Assembly (NCBI GenBank): GCA_051886215.1
Contig: JBJEXX010000038.1
Coordinates: forward strand, 341 to 64,340
Direction: 5' to 3'
DNA length: 64,000 nt
Origin: Bacilli bacterium
Lineage (GTDB): Bacteria; Bacillota_I; Bacilli_A; RF39; UBA660
The notes under the pieces were generated by a model that worked only from the letters and a program-made list of their open reading frames with translations, did not search any database and was not told the origin of the DNA. The number at the start of each line of letters is the position of its first letter. The stretch's first letter is position 1. Below are positions 11,954 through 20,411 of this stretch, one piece after another. The translations under genes were made by a program, and so were the position numbers.

Positions 11954-12292
11954 CTACATCACCACCGTTTTTAACCAAACCATTATTATATCTATTAAAT
12001 AAAATAAAATTCCTAAAAATATTACACAAGAGATAGTCGCAACAAAATTTTTCCATACATCTCTTCTACTAGGCCATGAAACATTTTTCAATTCTATAAA
12101 CAAATTTTTAAACCAATTAGTTATACATTTAAAAATATTTGTTTTTTTCTTATCAGTTTTTTCTCTTTTATTATTAACTTTAGTAACTTTATTTTTTTCT
12201 TTTGTTTCCTTAATGTTTACTTTTTCTTTTTTTTCAACCTTTTCAACTTTTTTATTTACTTTAGAAACCTTTTTATTTGTCTCTTTTTTCAT
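11954..12292 (-). CDS. secE: preprotein translocase subunit SecE with Lys-rich N-terminal extension
   Basis: The C-terminal ~55 aa (VSWPSRRDVWKNFVATISCVIFLGILFYLIDIIM) is SecE-like. The gene is adjacent to nusG. The N-terminal ~55 aa are a K/E/V/N low-complexity repeat. Confidence 0.85.
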   Translation of the reverse strand: MKKETNKKVSKVNKKVEKVEKKEKVNIKETKEKNKVTKVNNKREKTDKKKTNIFKCITNWFKNLFIELKNVSWPSRRDVWKNFVATISCVIFLGILFYLIDIIMVWLKTVVM

Positions 12293-12342
12293 AATTCACC
12301 ACCCAAATTTTATCAAAATAAAAACACCTTCGTGTCACATAT

Positions 12343-12371
12343 AAAATAACACGAATTAATCTATATGTCAA
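12343..12371 (-). promoter_or_regulatory. candidate sigma-A promoter for secE-nusG
   Basis: Perfect -35 TTGACA, 17-bp spacer, extended -10 TGtTATTTT on the minus strand, in the 82-bp gap upstream of secE. Confidence 0.55.
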
Positions 12372-12374
12372 CAC

Positions 12375-12998
12375 TTATGTGTTAGTAATAACAAAAATAA
12401 CAATCATAAATAATATTAAAACAGCTGCCATAACAAAAACTACAGGAACACTTATAAAAGCTGCTTTATTAAACACCTCTGAACTATCATCATTACTTAA
12501 CATAGCTCCTACACTAGTAGCCTTTACTAAATTTTTACTATTAGAAATACCATTTTGTTCCTTCTTCACAGCATCTATATATTCATGATAATATACTACA
12601 TCATTGTTTTTATATAAATTATAAAAATAATTATAATCAATATCATTATATGAATATTTAAAATTCTCTACTACTTCTTTTAAATAATTTTCAGAAAAAA
12701 GCATATCTGAATTGAATAAATTACTCTTATTTATATATATATTAGTAAGTAATGATGCATAATTATATATATTAGACTTAATAACTTCATCTTTTATATC
12801 AGGACGTACTTTATTTACTCTAAATATAAATTCATTGCTTTTATCATCAAATACTATTTTATCAGATCTAAAATCAGTTATATAGTAACCACTATCATGA
12901 AGTTTTTTCATCGAATGCGACATTTTATAAAAATATTTCAATAAATCATCATTATCATTTGTATAGGTACATAATGTTTTTAAATCTATCTCTTTCAT
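12375..12998 (-). CDS. hypothetical tail-anchored membrane protein with kinase catalytic-loop-like remnant
   Basis: The ORF has a GGTGA Shine-Dalgarno before the ATG at 12998 (the track ORF starts at 13010). A single C-terminal TM helix is present (FISVPVVFVMAAVLILFMIVIFVI). The segment LHDSGYYITDFRSDKIVF aligns by eye with the kinase LHxxGxxHRDLKPxNIL loop, but no N-lobe or DFG is present. Confidence 0.5.
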   Translation of the reverse strand: MKEIDLKTLCTYTNDNDDLLKYFYKMSHSMKKLHDSGYYITDFRSDKIVFDDKSNEFIFRVNKVRPDIKDEVIKSNIYNYASLLTNIYINKSNLFNSDMLFSENYLKEVVENFKYSYNDIDYNYFYNLYKNNDVVYYHEYIDAVKKEQNGISNSKNLVKATSVGAMLSNDDSSEVFNKAAFISVPVVFVMAAVLILFMIVIFVITNT

Positions 12999-12999
12999 A

Positions 13000-14289
13000 T
13001 TATTCACCATAACGTTCCACTGTTAATCTATAATTATTATTTTCTTTATTAACAGTTAAAGCTTTTGAATAAACTAAATAATTTTTTATATTAATATCTA
13101 TATTACCACCAACAACTTCTGTCTTATTAACATTAGTAATATCTTTATAAAATTCTCCATTTATATATATTTCTTTAATTACTTCTTCACCTTTTACATT
13201 ATTTTCTACTACTACTTTTTTTCTTTTAATTATTGTAATTGTATAAGATTTATTATTTTCGATAGTATACTCATCAACTAAATCACCAATTTTTAATACT
13301 CCATTTACTAAATGAATATTTACATCTCCTGTTTCTAAGATATTAATATCGCCACTAGAACTTAAAACTTTGAATGAAGTTGATACAGTATATACCTCCA
13401 TAGAAGAAGTATCATAACTAAATCCTGTATTAGTTGCATTAGTTAACTTAGTATCCAAAAATTTATCATTCCATGTATAATTACTGAAACCACTGATATC
13501 TAAATTGTTATTATTACCACTTAAATCATACCATGAATTAGTTGTATCGCTATGACCATCACTTGTATTGTTAATAGCATCATACCAAACCAATAATGAA
13601 TCAGTTTCATATGTATTTGTATTTTCACCCGCTACTGTAATCTTACCAAAATAATATTTTCCAGTTAAACTACCATCCTCATTTTTGATAAAAATATCAT
13701 TTGAAGCATCAGCTTTAATCCAGACCCTTACAGATATTTTTTTCTTTTCTCCTGGTTGTAGTTTACCATTTAATAATTCATAGTCCTTTGTTGCCAAACT
13801 TTCTAATATAACAGGACTATTACCATTTACACTTACTTTTAAATCATTTTTATTTAATAATTTTTCACTCATTTCAGCATCTGTTTTTTCTTCTCCATTT
13901 ATTACTGCAGTATCATCTAATAATTTCACAGAATAAGTAGATGCTAAACTACCAGTGTTTTGAATATAAAATGTATATGCTTTTGATTTTAAACCTTCTT
14001 CATCACTAATAGGATAACTATTGACTAATGATATAGCTCCAGATTCTTCTTGATAATCGATATGCAAATCACCCACATTTACACCATTAAAATCTTCTGT
14101 TTTATTAATTGATGAAAATACTGCATACGTAGTACCAAACATTACTAAAAGCACAACGAAAACAGATGCCATCATCACACGAGTTTGTTGTTTCATAGTT
14201 TTTGTAAAAAAATATTTTCTACTTTTACTTTTAACAGTCTTGGCATTATTATCTAAATAATACTTTTTTCTATCTTTCCATGTTTTCAT
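13000..14289 (-). CDS. secreted/surface protein with SipW-type (TasA/camelysin-like) signal region and C-terminal LamG-like domain
   Basis: GGTGAT+AAT+ATG start at 14289 (the track ORF starts at 14313). The N-terminal TM ends in GTTYAVFSS, resembling the TasA/CalY signal GTFAFFSD. The block FYIQNTGSLAS resembles TasA FENNGSLA. C-terminal WYDLSGNNNN ... YINGEFY ... VYSKALT matches LamG/concanavalin-like hallmarks. Confidence 0.6.
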   Translation of the reverse strand: MKTWKDRKKYYLDNNAKTVKSKSRKYFFTKTMKQQTRVMMASVFVVLLVMFGTTYAVFSSINKTEDFNGVNVGDLHIDYQEESGAISLVNSYPISDEEGLKSKAYTFYIQNTGSLASTYSVKLLDDTAVINGEEKTDAEMSEKLLNKNDLKVSVNGNSPVILESLATKDYELLNGKLQPGEKKKISVRVWIKADASNDIFIKNEDGSLTGKYYFGKITVAGENTNTYETDSLLVWYDAINNTSDGHSDTTNSWYDLSGNNNNLDISGFSNYTWNDKFLDTKLTNATNTGFSYDTSSMEVYTVSTSFKVLSSSGDINILETGDVNIHLVNGVLKIGDLVDEYTIENNKSYTITIIKRKKVVVENNVKGEEVIKEIYINGEFYKDITNVNKTEVVGGNIDINIKNYLVYSKALTVNKENNNYRLTVERYGE

Positions 14290-14326
14290 ATTATCACCAA
14301 TTATCATATACATTATAACATAAAAA

Positions 14327-14902
14327 TTATACTAACAAAGTTTTTTTTAATTTATTTTTACATTTTTGTATAATGTAATCTACTTTTTTATATTTAATAT
14401 CTAAAAGAGTACTTATGTCTTTATAAGAAAAACCATTAATTCTAAGCAGAAATACCAACGATTCTTCAAACTTCAATTCTAGACTAAAATTTTTTAATTC
14501 ATTATATACAATTCTTGATAATATTTTGTCTTCATCATTACATCCAAGTTCATTTTCATAATCATCATAAATATTATAATAAAATGTATTATCTAAACAA
14601 TACTTTTTATTTGTTCTAAAAACAGTCTTCATAATTTCATTATTTATACAGCGTATTGCAAAAGTATAAAACATTGCGTCTTTACTACTATCATATTGCT
14701 TAATCGCATTCTCTAAAGCAAAAAAACCACTTTGTACAACATCATCAAAATCTATTATAGTATTTCTTACATAACCATAATATTTCTTGGCAACACCTAA
14801 TACAATTGGTTTATATTTTTCATAAATATAATTATTAGCAACCTCATTATTATCACTAATTAAATATAATATTTCATTATCGTTAACATTTTTATAATTC
14901 AC
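14327..14902 (-). CDS. sigH: SigH-family alternative RNA polymerase sigma factor
   Basis: Aligns by eye with B. subtilis SigH regions 2 and 4 (YEKYKPIV..., DVVQSGFFAL, FSYKDISTLL). It sits in the conserved rlmB-sigH-secE position. A GTG start at 14902, one nt after the rlmB stop, is preferred; the track ORF extends to 14959. Confidence 0.8.
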   Translation of the reverse strand: MNYKNVNDNEILYLISDNNEVANNYIYEKYKPIVLGVAKKYYGYVRNTIIDFDDVVQSGFFALENAIKQYDSSKDAMFYTFAIRCINNEIMKTVFRTNKKYCLDNTFYYNIYDDYENELGCNDEDKILSRIVYNELKNFSLELKFEESLVFLLRINGFSYKDISTLLDIKYKKVDYIIQKCKNKLKKTLLV

Positions 14903-14903
14903 C

Positions 14904-15611
14904 TTATCCCTGCTTTCTATGATTATTGATAATTTCATATACCATAATTCCGCAGGCAACTGATGCGTTTAAACTATTAACCTTTCCATACATAGGAATA
15001 TTAGCCACAAAATCACAGGACTCTCTAACGATTCTACTCATCCCAAAACCTTCGCTACCTATTACCAAAGCTATTTTCCCTGAATAATCAATCTTTCTAT
15101 AATCAACACTATCCACCATATCCGTTCCAATTATCCAAAATCCATTCTTTTTTAGCTTATCAATAGTGTTTTTTAAATTTGTAACACTAGCTATTTTGAT
15201 ATTAGAAAGAGCTCCCGCACTAGTCTTCATTACAGTAGCGTTAACTTCAACACTTCTATTTTTAGGAAGAATTATACCATCAACTCCAGCAGCCTCACAA
15301 GTTCTTATCATAGCGCCTAAATTATGAGGATCTTCTATATGATCTAAAATTAACACTACCGCATCATCTTTATTTATAAATTCCTCTAAATTACAATACA
15401 CAAAATCATCTATAAAAAGTATTATACCTTGATGATGAGAATCTGCAAGTTTATCTAATTCATATTTACTTTTATAAAACACTGGAATTTTATTTTTTTC
15501 TATTAAAGAAATTATATTTTTATCATTAAAATTATCTTGTAAAAAAATTTTTCGCACTTTTTCATTTTTTTTCAAAATTTCCGAAGCAACATTTTTTCCG
15601 TATACTAACAT
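14904..15611 (-). CDS. rlmB: 23S rRNA (guanosine-2-prime-O)-methyltransferase RlmB (TrmH/SpoU family)
   Basis: 235 aa with a SpoU-type C-terminal knot (LVIGSEGFGMS, NSLNASVA). mrnC-rlmB-sigH synteny as in B. subtilis. Confidence 0.9.
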   Translation of the reverse strand: MLVYGKNVASEILKKNEKVRKIFLQDNFNDKNIISLIEKNKIPVFYKSKYELDKLADSHHQGIILFIDDFVYCNLEEFINKDDAVVLILDHIEDPHNLGAMIRTCEAAGVDGIILPKNRSVEVNATVMKTSAGALSNIKIASVTNLKNTIDKLKKNGFWIIGTDMVDSVDYRKIDYSGKIALVIGSEGFGMSRIVRESCDFVANIPMYGKVNSLNASVACGIMVYEIINNHRKQG

Positions 15612-15995
15612 TTATTCCTCCAATATATAATCTAATATTTCTTCTATTCTTTTTTTATTATCATCTAAAAACAAATATCCAATTAAAGCTTCAAATCCTG
15701 TAGAATAATTATAAGTTGTAATATCGCAATTTTTAGGATGATGTTTTACCTTACAATTTCTAGCTCTCTTTACTATTCTTAATTCATTTTCTGATAAAAA
15801 ATTATCATTTATCATATTCATTAAAAAATTAGTTTGACTTTTTGCTGAAACATATTTTATAGCTTCCTCTTGTAATTTTTTTACATTGTTTATACCTTTT
15901 TCTACTAAATAGATCCTAATATAGTTTTCATATATAGAATCACCAAGGTAAGCTAAAACCAACACATTGACTTCTAATGGATTCATATTAATCAT
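15612..15995 (-). CDS. mrnC: Mini-ribonuclease 3
   Basis: 127 aa with the LAYLGDSIYE RNase III-like signature. Upstream of rlmB. Confidence 0.9.
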   Translation of the reverse strand: MINMNPLEVNVLVLAYLGDSIYENYIRIYLVEKGINNVKKLQEEAIKYVSAKSQTNFLMNMINDNFLSENELRIVKRARNCKVKHHPKNCDITTYNYSTGFEALIGYLFLDDNKKRIEEILDYILEE

Positions 15996-16674
15996 CTCGC
16001 CTACTACCTGCGATTAAAAGTAGTCTTAAAAGTTGTAATAATATAGTAACCAAACTAGCAACGTAAGTGAATGCCGCTGCAAATAAAACACTTCTAGTAC
16101 CTTTATATTCATCATCTGTTACCAAATTATATTCTCGTATTTTTTGTAAAGCTCTTTTACTAGCATTAAATTCCACAGGTAAAGTTGCTATCTGGAATAA
16201 AAGAGTTGCAAGTTCCATAGCTATTGCTATATAAATAACTCTGCCATATCCAAAGATAAGACCGATTAGAATCGCAAAATATCCAGCTCTAGAAATAAAA
16301 TTGACAAATGGTACTAAGAAACTTCTAAATTTCATAAACCAATAATTATTTGCATCTTGCAATGCATGTCCAACTTCATGAGCTGCTACCGCTACGCTGG
16401 CAATACTACTTTCATGAAACACTTCAGAAGACAATCTAACTACTTTTCTATTTGGATCATAATGATCAGTTAAATAACCTCTTACTTCTACAACGTGAAT
16501 ATCCTGAAGATGATTTTGATCTAATATCTTTCTAGCAACATCAAAACCAGTTAATCCTTTCAAATTATCTAGTTTCAAATATTTTTTATAAGTAATTTTA
16601 ACAAACAAATCTGCTACTACAGAGATAATAATACCTAAAAATATTAAAATATAACCCATTATATAAACATCCAT
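15988..16674 (-). CDS. membrane zinc metallopeptidase (YugP family)
   Basis: 228 aa with the HEVGHALQD zinc motif, flanking TM helices and YugP-like overall layout. Confidence 0.8.
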   Translation of the reverse strand: MDVYIMGYILIFLGIIISVVADLFVKITYKKYLKLDNLKGLTGFDVARKILDQNHLQDIHVVEVRGYLTDHYDPNRKVVRLSSEVFHESSIASVAVAAHEVGHALQDANNYWFMKFRSFLVPFVNFISRAGYFAILIGLIFGYGRVIYIAIAMELATLLFQIATLPVEFNASKRALQKIREYNLVTDDEYKGTRSVLFAAAFTYVASLVTILLQLLRLLLIAGSRRDD

Positions 16675-16743
16675 TTAATCACGTCCTTCATAGAATATTT
16701 TACCATAGAATAATTAAAAAAGATAGTAAAGTTATATAAGTGA

Positions 16744-19023
16744 TTACTTTACCATCATCTTTTCATTAATTTTCGTAATTGCAATATTATCTAACTCTTC
16801 TTCCATAATTCTATCTATTCTTCTAGCTCCAAATTCATCATATTTACACTTACTTTTTATTTTTTCAATAAGACTTTTATTTAATGACATTTTAATATTT
16901 AAATCTGTATATAACTTTTTCTTTTCTTGGAATTTTAATTTAATTATTTTACCTATATCACTTTCCTTAATATTATTAAATATTAAAGTTTTATTTATTC
17001 TATTAACGAATTCAACACCTAATATATCTTTAATTTCATTTAAAATTTTATTATCTTTATCCTCATGAAAACCAATGTTTTTTTTCTTAAATCCTATATT
17101 TGAAGTCATTATAATAGTAACATGTGAAAACTTAATTTCTTCTCCTTTGGCATCTTTTATAATTCCATTATCAAGTATTTGTAAAAATAAATTTATTACT
17201 TCATGAGAAGCCTTTTCAATTTCATCTAACAATAATACCGCATTAGGTTTACTCTTTATTTTATTAAGTATGTTATTTCCATCGTTATATCCAACATAAC
17301 CAGATGGAGAACCCAATATTTTACTTATAGAATGACTTTCTCTATATTCACTCATATCCAGTCTTATTAAATTATCTTTTTTATATAATAATTCATTATA
17401 TAACTCTGCCATATAAGTTTTACCAACTCCACTGGAACCTACAAAAAGAAATGATAATGGTCTATTATTATACTTTAGGCCATACAGTTTCCTTTTTGTT
17501 TCAAAACATAAATCATCTATTATATTATCTTGACCTATTATTAACTTCTTTAATTTTTTATCTATATTAACATTTCTTTTGGAATATTTATAAACCGGAA
17601 TCTTACTTTTAGATTCTATTACTTTTATTACACTATCTATAGTAAGTGTTTTCTTTTTTTTATTACTTTTATTCTTTAAAAACAAACTATTTATAATACT
17701 TTCTAAATTCTTTTCTTCTTTTAAATAATAACTAGCTTTTTCAAAATCATTACTTAGTATACTATTATTTTTATTAAGAATAGCCGTATTTAATTCTTCT
17801 TTATATTTAATAATTTTATTTTCTATATTATCCTTTATTAATGAACTATGACAGCAAGCTGAATCTAAAATTTCTATTGATTTATCCGGCTGTTGATTAG
17901 TAAAAATATATTCATCAGTCAATTTTATAATTTCTTTTAAAATATTATCAGAAATTTCTAAATTATAATATTTTTCATATATTTTTTTTATTTTTAATAA
18001 TATATCCAAAACTTTTTCAGAATCTGGTTCACTCACTTTAATAACTTGAAATCTTCTTTCTAAAGCTTTATCATCTTCAATATACTTTCTATATTCATTT
18101 TCCGTAGTTGCTCCAATTAAAGAAAACCCACCTCGTGACAATACCGGTTTAAATATATTGGCTGCATCAATCGCTCCTTCTGCACCTCCCGCACCAACTA
18201 AAGTATGAATTTCATCAATAAATAAAATATAGTCTTTATTTTTTTCTAATTCTGAAATTAATTTATTGATTCTTTCCTCAAATTCTCCTCTATATTTAGT
18301 TCCAGAAACTAAAGCTGCCATAGATACGGAAATAATTTTTTTATTTTTTAAAGGTTCTGGAACTTTTCCTAAATATATTCTTCTAGCTAATTCCTCAACT
18401 ATTGCTGTTTTTCCCACACCAGCTTTTCCTATCAATAAAGGATTATTCTTCTTTCTTCTAAGTAACGTTTCTATAATTTGTTCTATTTCTTCATTCCTAC
18501 CCACAACAGGATCGAATTCCCCTTTACTAGCTTTTTCTGTAAAATCAACACCATACTCTTCTAACGTATTTCTTTTTGTTTTCTTTTTCCTACTTTGCTT
18601 AGAATATGAAATATATTCAGCATAAAATTTATCTATATCCATACCCAAAGATAACAATATTCTTACAGCAACACCTTCTCCTTCTTCTATTAAAGCAATA
18701 AATAAATTTTCTAATGTAACCATTTTATTATTTCTATCTTTAGAATCCAACATAGCATTTTCTATAACTCTCTTAAAAAGAGGTGTAAATAAAAACCAAT
18801 CATTTTCTTCCATACCACAGCCTACTAATTCTATAAGTTTATTCCTAAAAATATCATAATCTATTCCGTAACCCGATAATTTAATAGTAATATCATTATC
18901 CTTATTTTTTAAAATAGCTAATAAAAAATGTTCACTTCCTACATAAGGATGTTTTAAAGAAAGCATTTCTCTTTTTGCTTGTAAAATTATTTTTTGACAT
19001 TCTTCTGAAAATTCCATAAACAT
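16744..19023 (-). CDS. clpC: ATP-dependent Clp protease ATP-binding subunit ClpC
   Basis: 759 aa with a Clp_N repeat N-terminus and two AAA+ modules (GKAGVGKT / ILFIDEIH and GSSGVGKT / LLLDEIEKA). Confidence 0.9.
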   Translation of the reverse strand: MFMEFSEECQKIILQAKREMLSLKHPYVGSEHFLLAILKNKDNDITIKLSGYGIDYDIFRNKLIELVGCGMEENDWFLFTPLFKRVIENAMLDSKDRNNKMVTLENLFIALIEEGEGVAVRILLSLGMDIDKFYAEYISYSKQSRKKKTKRNTLEEYGVDFTEKASKGEFDPVVGRNEEIEQIIETLLRRKKNNPLLIGKAGVGKTAIVEELARRIYLGKVPEPLKNKKIISVSMAALVSGTKYRGEFEERINKLISELEKNKDYILFIDEIHTLVGAGGAEGAIDAANIFKPVLSRGGFSLIGATTENEYRKYIEDDKALERRFQVIKVSEPDSEKVLDILLKIKKIYEKYYNLEISDNILKEIIKLTDEYIFTNQQPDKSIEILDSACCHSSLIKDNIENKIIKYKEELNTAILNKNNSILSNDFEKASYYLKEEKNLESIINSLFLKNKSNKKKKTLTIDSVIKVIESKSKIPVYKYSKRNVNIDKKLKKLIIGQDNIIDDLCFETKRKLYGLKYNNRPLSFLFVGSSGVGKTYMAELYNELLYKKDNLIRLDMSEYRESHSISKILGSPSGYVGYNDGNNILNKIKSKPNAVLLLDEIEKASHEVINLFLQILDNGIIKDAKGEEIKFSHVTIIMTSNIGFKKKNIGFHEDKDNKILNEIKDILGVEFVNRINKTLIFNNIKESDIGKIIKLKFQEKKKLYTDLNIKMSLNKSLIEKIKSKCKYDEFGARRIDRIMEEELDNIAITKINEKMMVK

Positions 19024-19099
19024 ATAATCACCTTTTCTTTTAATTATATGTTTATTTTACTCAAAAAAATTATTAATAAACATACTCGACAAAAGCATA

Positions 19100-19130
19100 T
19101 AAAAAAAAGCAATAATAATTATTTATTGCT
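19100..19130 (-). terminator. intrinsic terminator after the 227-aa ORF, upstream of clpC
   Basis: Minus-sense AGCAATAA-N7-TTATTGCT hairpin followed by TTTTTTTT. Confidence 0.75.
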
Positions 19131-19161
19131 TCTAATTTTATAAAACTAACTTTTTTATGTT

Positions 19162-19845
19162 TTAAATAAACAAAACTCCTACATAATAATTTCTTAATAT
19201 TTCATTTATTCCCTCTAATTTATCTTCAGAAATATTATTATTATTTATATATTCCTCTACAATTCTATTAAATAACTCATCATAATAATAAGTAATTGTA
19301 GTATATTTACTTCTTACGGCTAAATCCACTAAATCATCAAGGACTTTATCAATGAATTCATTTACATCATTTTCTATATTTGCAGTTATATATAAATTTA
19401 AATCCACATATTCATCATCAACTTTTATTTTGTTATCTAATAATTTTGCTAATTTATCTTGTATAGGGATACTATTATTTATAATATCATTTTTTAAATA
19501 ATTCTTATATTCTATTTTTTTATTTATTGAATACTCTACAATTTCTTTAGTATCATCTTTAGAAGCTTTCTTTATTTCCTTATCTATGTAATCTTTTTCA
19601 CTAGTTTTATTAAATTCTTCTATTTCAAAAGTTTTTACATTTAACAAAACCCAATAATCAGCTTTTATATTTTCATTAATATCCCATACATTATCATCAC
19701 ATTTTGTTAATAACACTAATATTTTTAAATCATTATTATGTCTAATTAAAGTTGGTACTAATGGAGCATGTGTATCAGCCAATCCTCTTTTTGTTTTTTC
19801 TTCATTAACAATATCTAATACTTTATCCGTTAGTTTAATCATCAT
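19162..19845 (-). CDS. hypothetical soluble protein translationally coupled to the ECF sigma factor
   Basis: 227-aa ORF. Its ATG overlaps the sigma stop, with an AAGGAGAG Shine-Dalgarno inside the sigma 3-prime end. No TM helix and no zinc anti-sigma motif seen. Confidence 0.55.
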   Translation of the reverse strand: MMIKLTDKVLDIVNEEKTKRGLADTHAPLVPTLIRHNNDLKILVLLTKCDDNVWDINENIKADYWVLLNVKTFEIEEFNKTSEKDYIDKEIKKASKDDTKEIVEYSINKKIEYKNYLKNDIINNSIPIQDKLAKLLDNKIKVDDEYVDLNLYITANIENDVNEFIDKVLDDLVDLAVRSKYTTITYYYDELFNRIVEEYINNNNISEDKLEGINEILRNYYVGVLFI

Positions 19846-20317
19846 ATCTCTCCTTTATCTTTTTTCTAGCACTATATAAATAGTATTTTATATTTGACTC
19901 ACTACTATTTAATTTTATAGCTATTTCTTTTATTGAAAGGTCATTTATATAATATAGTTTAAATGAATTTAGTTCTTTATCAGTTAAATTATAATTATCC
20001 AAATTATCTAGAATCTCTTTGTAAATAATTTTATCTATTGATACATCATTTATCCCGATATCATATTTTTCATATATTGATTCATTATTTTTATTTTCTA
20101 TATATTCTTTAGCTTTTTTTGTCCATATATTGTAAGCAATTTTCCATATAAGATTATCTATCTTTTCTATATTTACATCTTTACTTAAATATTCATATAT
20201 TGCGACAAACGTACTACTAGTAATGTCTTCTGCATCTTCCTTATTTCTTGTTTTCTTTAAAGCCCAACTATATATCTTATAAAAATATTTATCATAGATA
20301 TTACTCATTTTAATCAC
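19835..20317 (-). CDS. ECF-type sigma-70 family sigma factor
   Basis: 160 aa. Region 2 is DAEDITSSTFVAIYEYL. The region 4 HTH is LSIKEIAIKLNSSESNIKYYLYSARKKI. Confidence 0.8.
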   Translation of the reverse strand: MIKMSNIYDKYFYKIYSWALKKTRNKEDAEDITSSTFVAIYEYLSKDVNIEKIDNLIWKIAYNIWTKKAKEYIENKNNESIYEKYDIGINDVSIDKIIYKEILDNLDNYNLTDKELNSFKLYYINDLSIKEIAIKLNSSESNIKYYLYSARKKIKERYDD

Positions 20318-20380
20318 CTTTCATTATTATAGTGTTTTATTTTTAATTTTGGTTAGTTATTTTTATTTTTTTAACTATAA

Positions 20381-20409
20381 TAAATAAAAAAAGAGCCCTA
20401 AGACTCTTT
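20381..20409 (-). terminator. intrinsic terminator after the YfcC-like permease gene
   Basis: Minus-sense AAAGAGUC-UUAG-GGCUCUUU hairpin followed by UUUUUAUUU. Confidence 0.7.
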
Positions 20410-20411
20410 AA

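Noticed and set aside
12293-12374. Missing rpmG (L33) between sigH and secE, or a hidden small ORF in the gap.
   Set aside because: The gap is only 82 bp and is occupied by a promoter and a Shine-Dalgarno. No L33-like ORF is present in any frame.
19024-19161. CtsR operator or heat-shock element upstream of clpC.
   Set aside because: No GGTCAAA-type direct repeat and no CIRCE element is visible. Only a terminator hairpin and AT-rich sequence are present.
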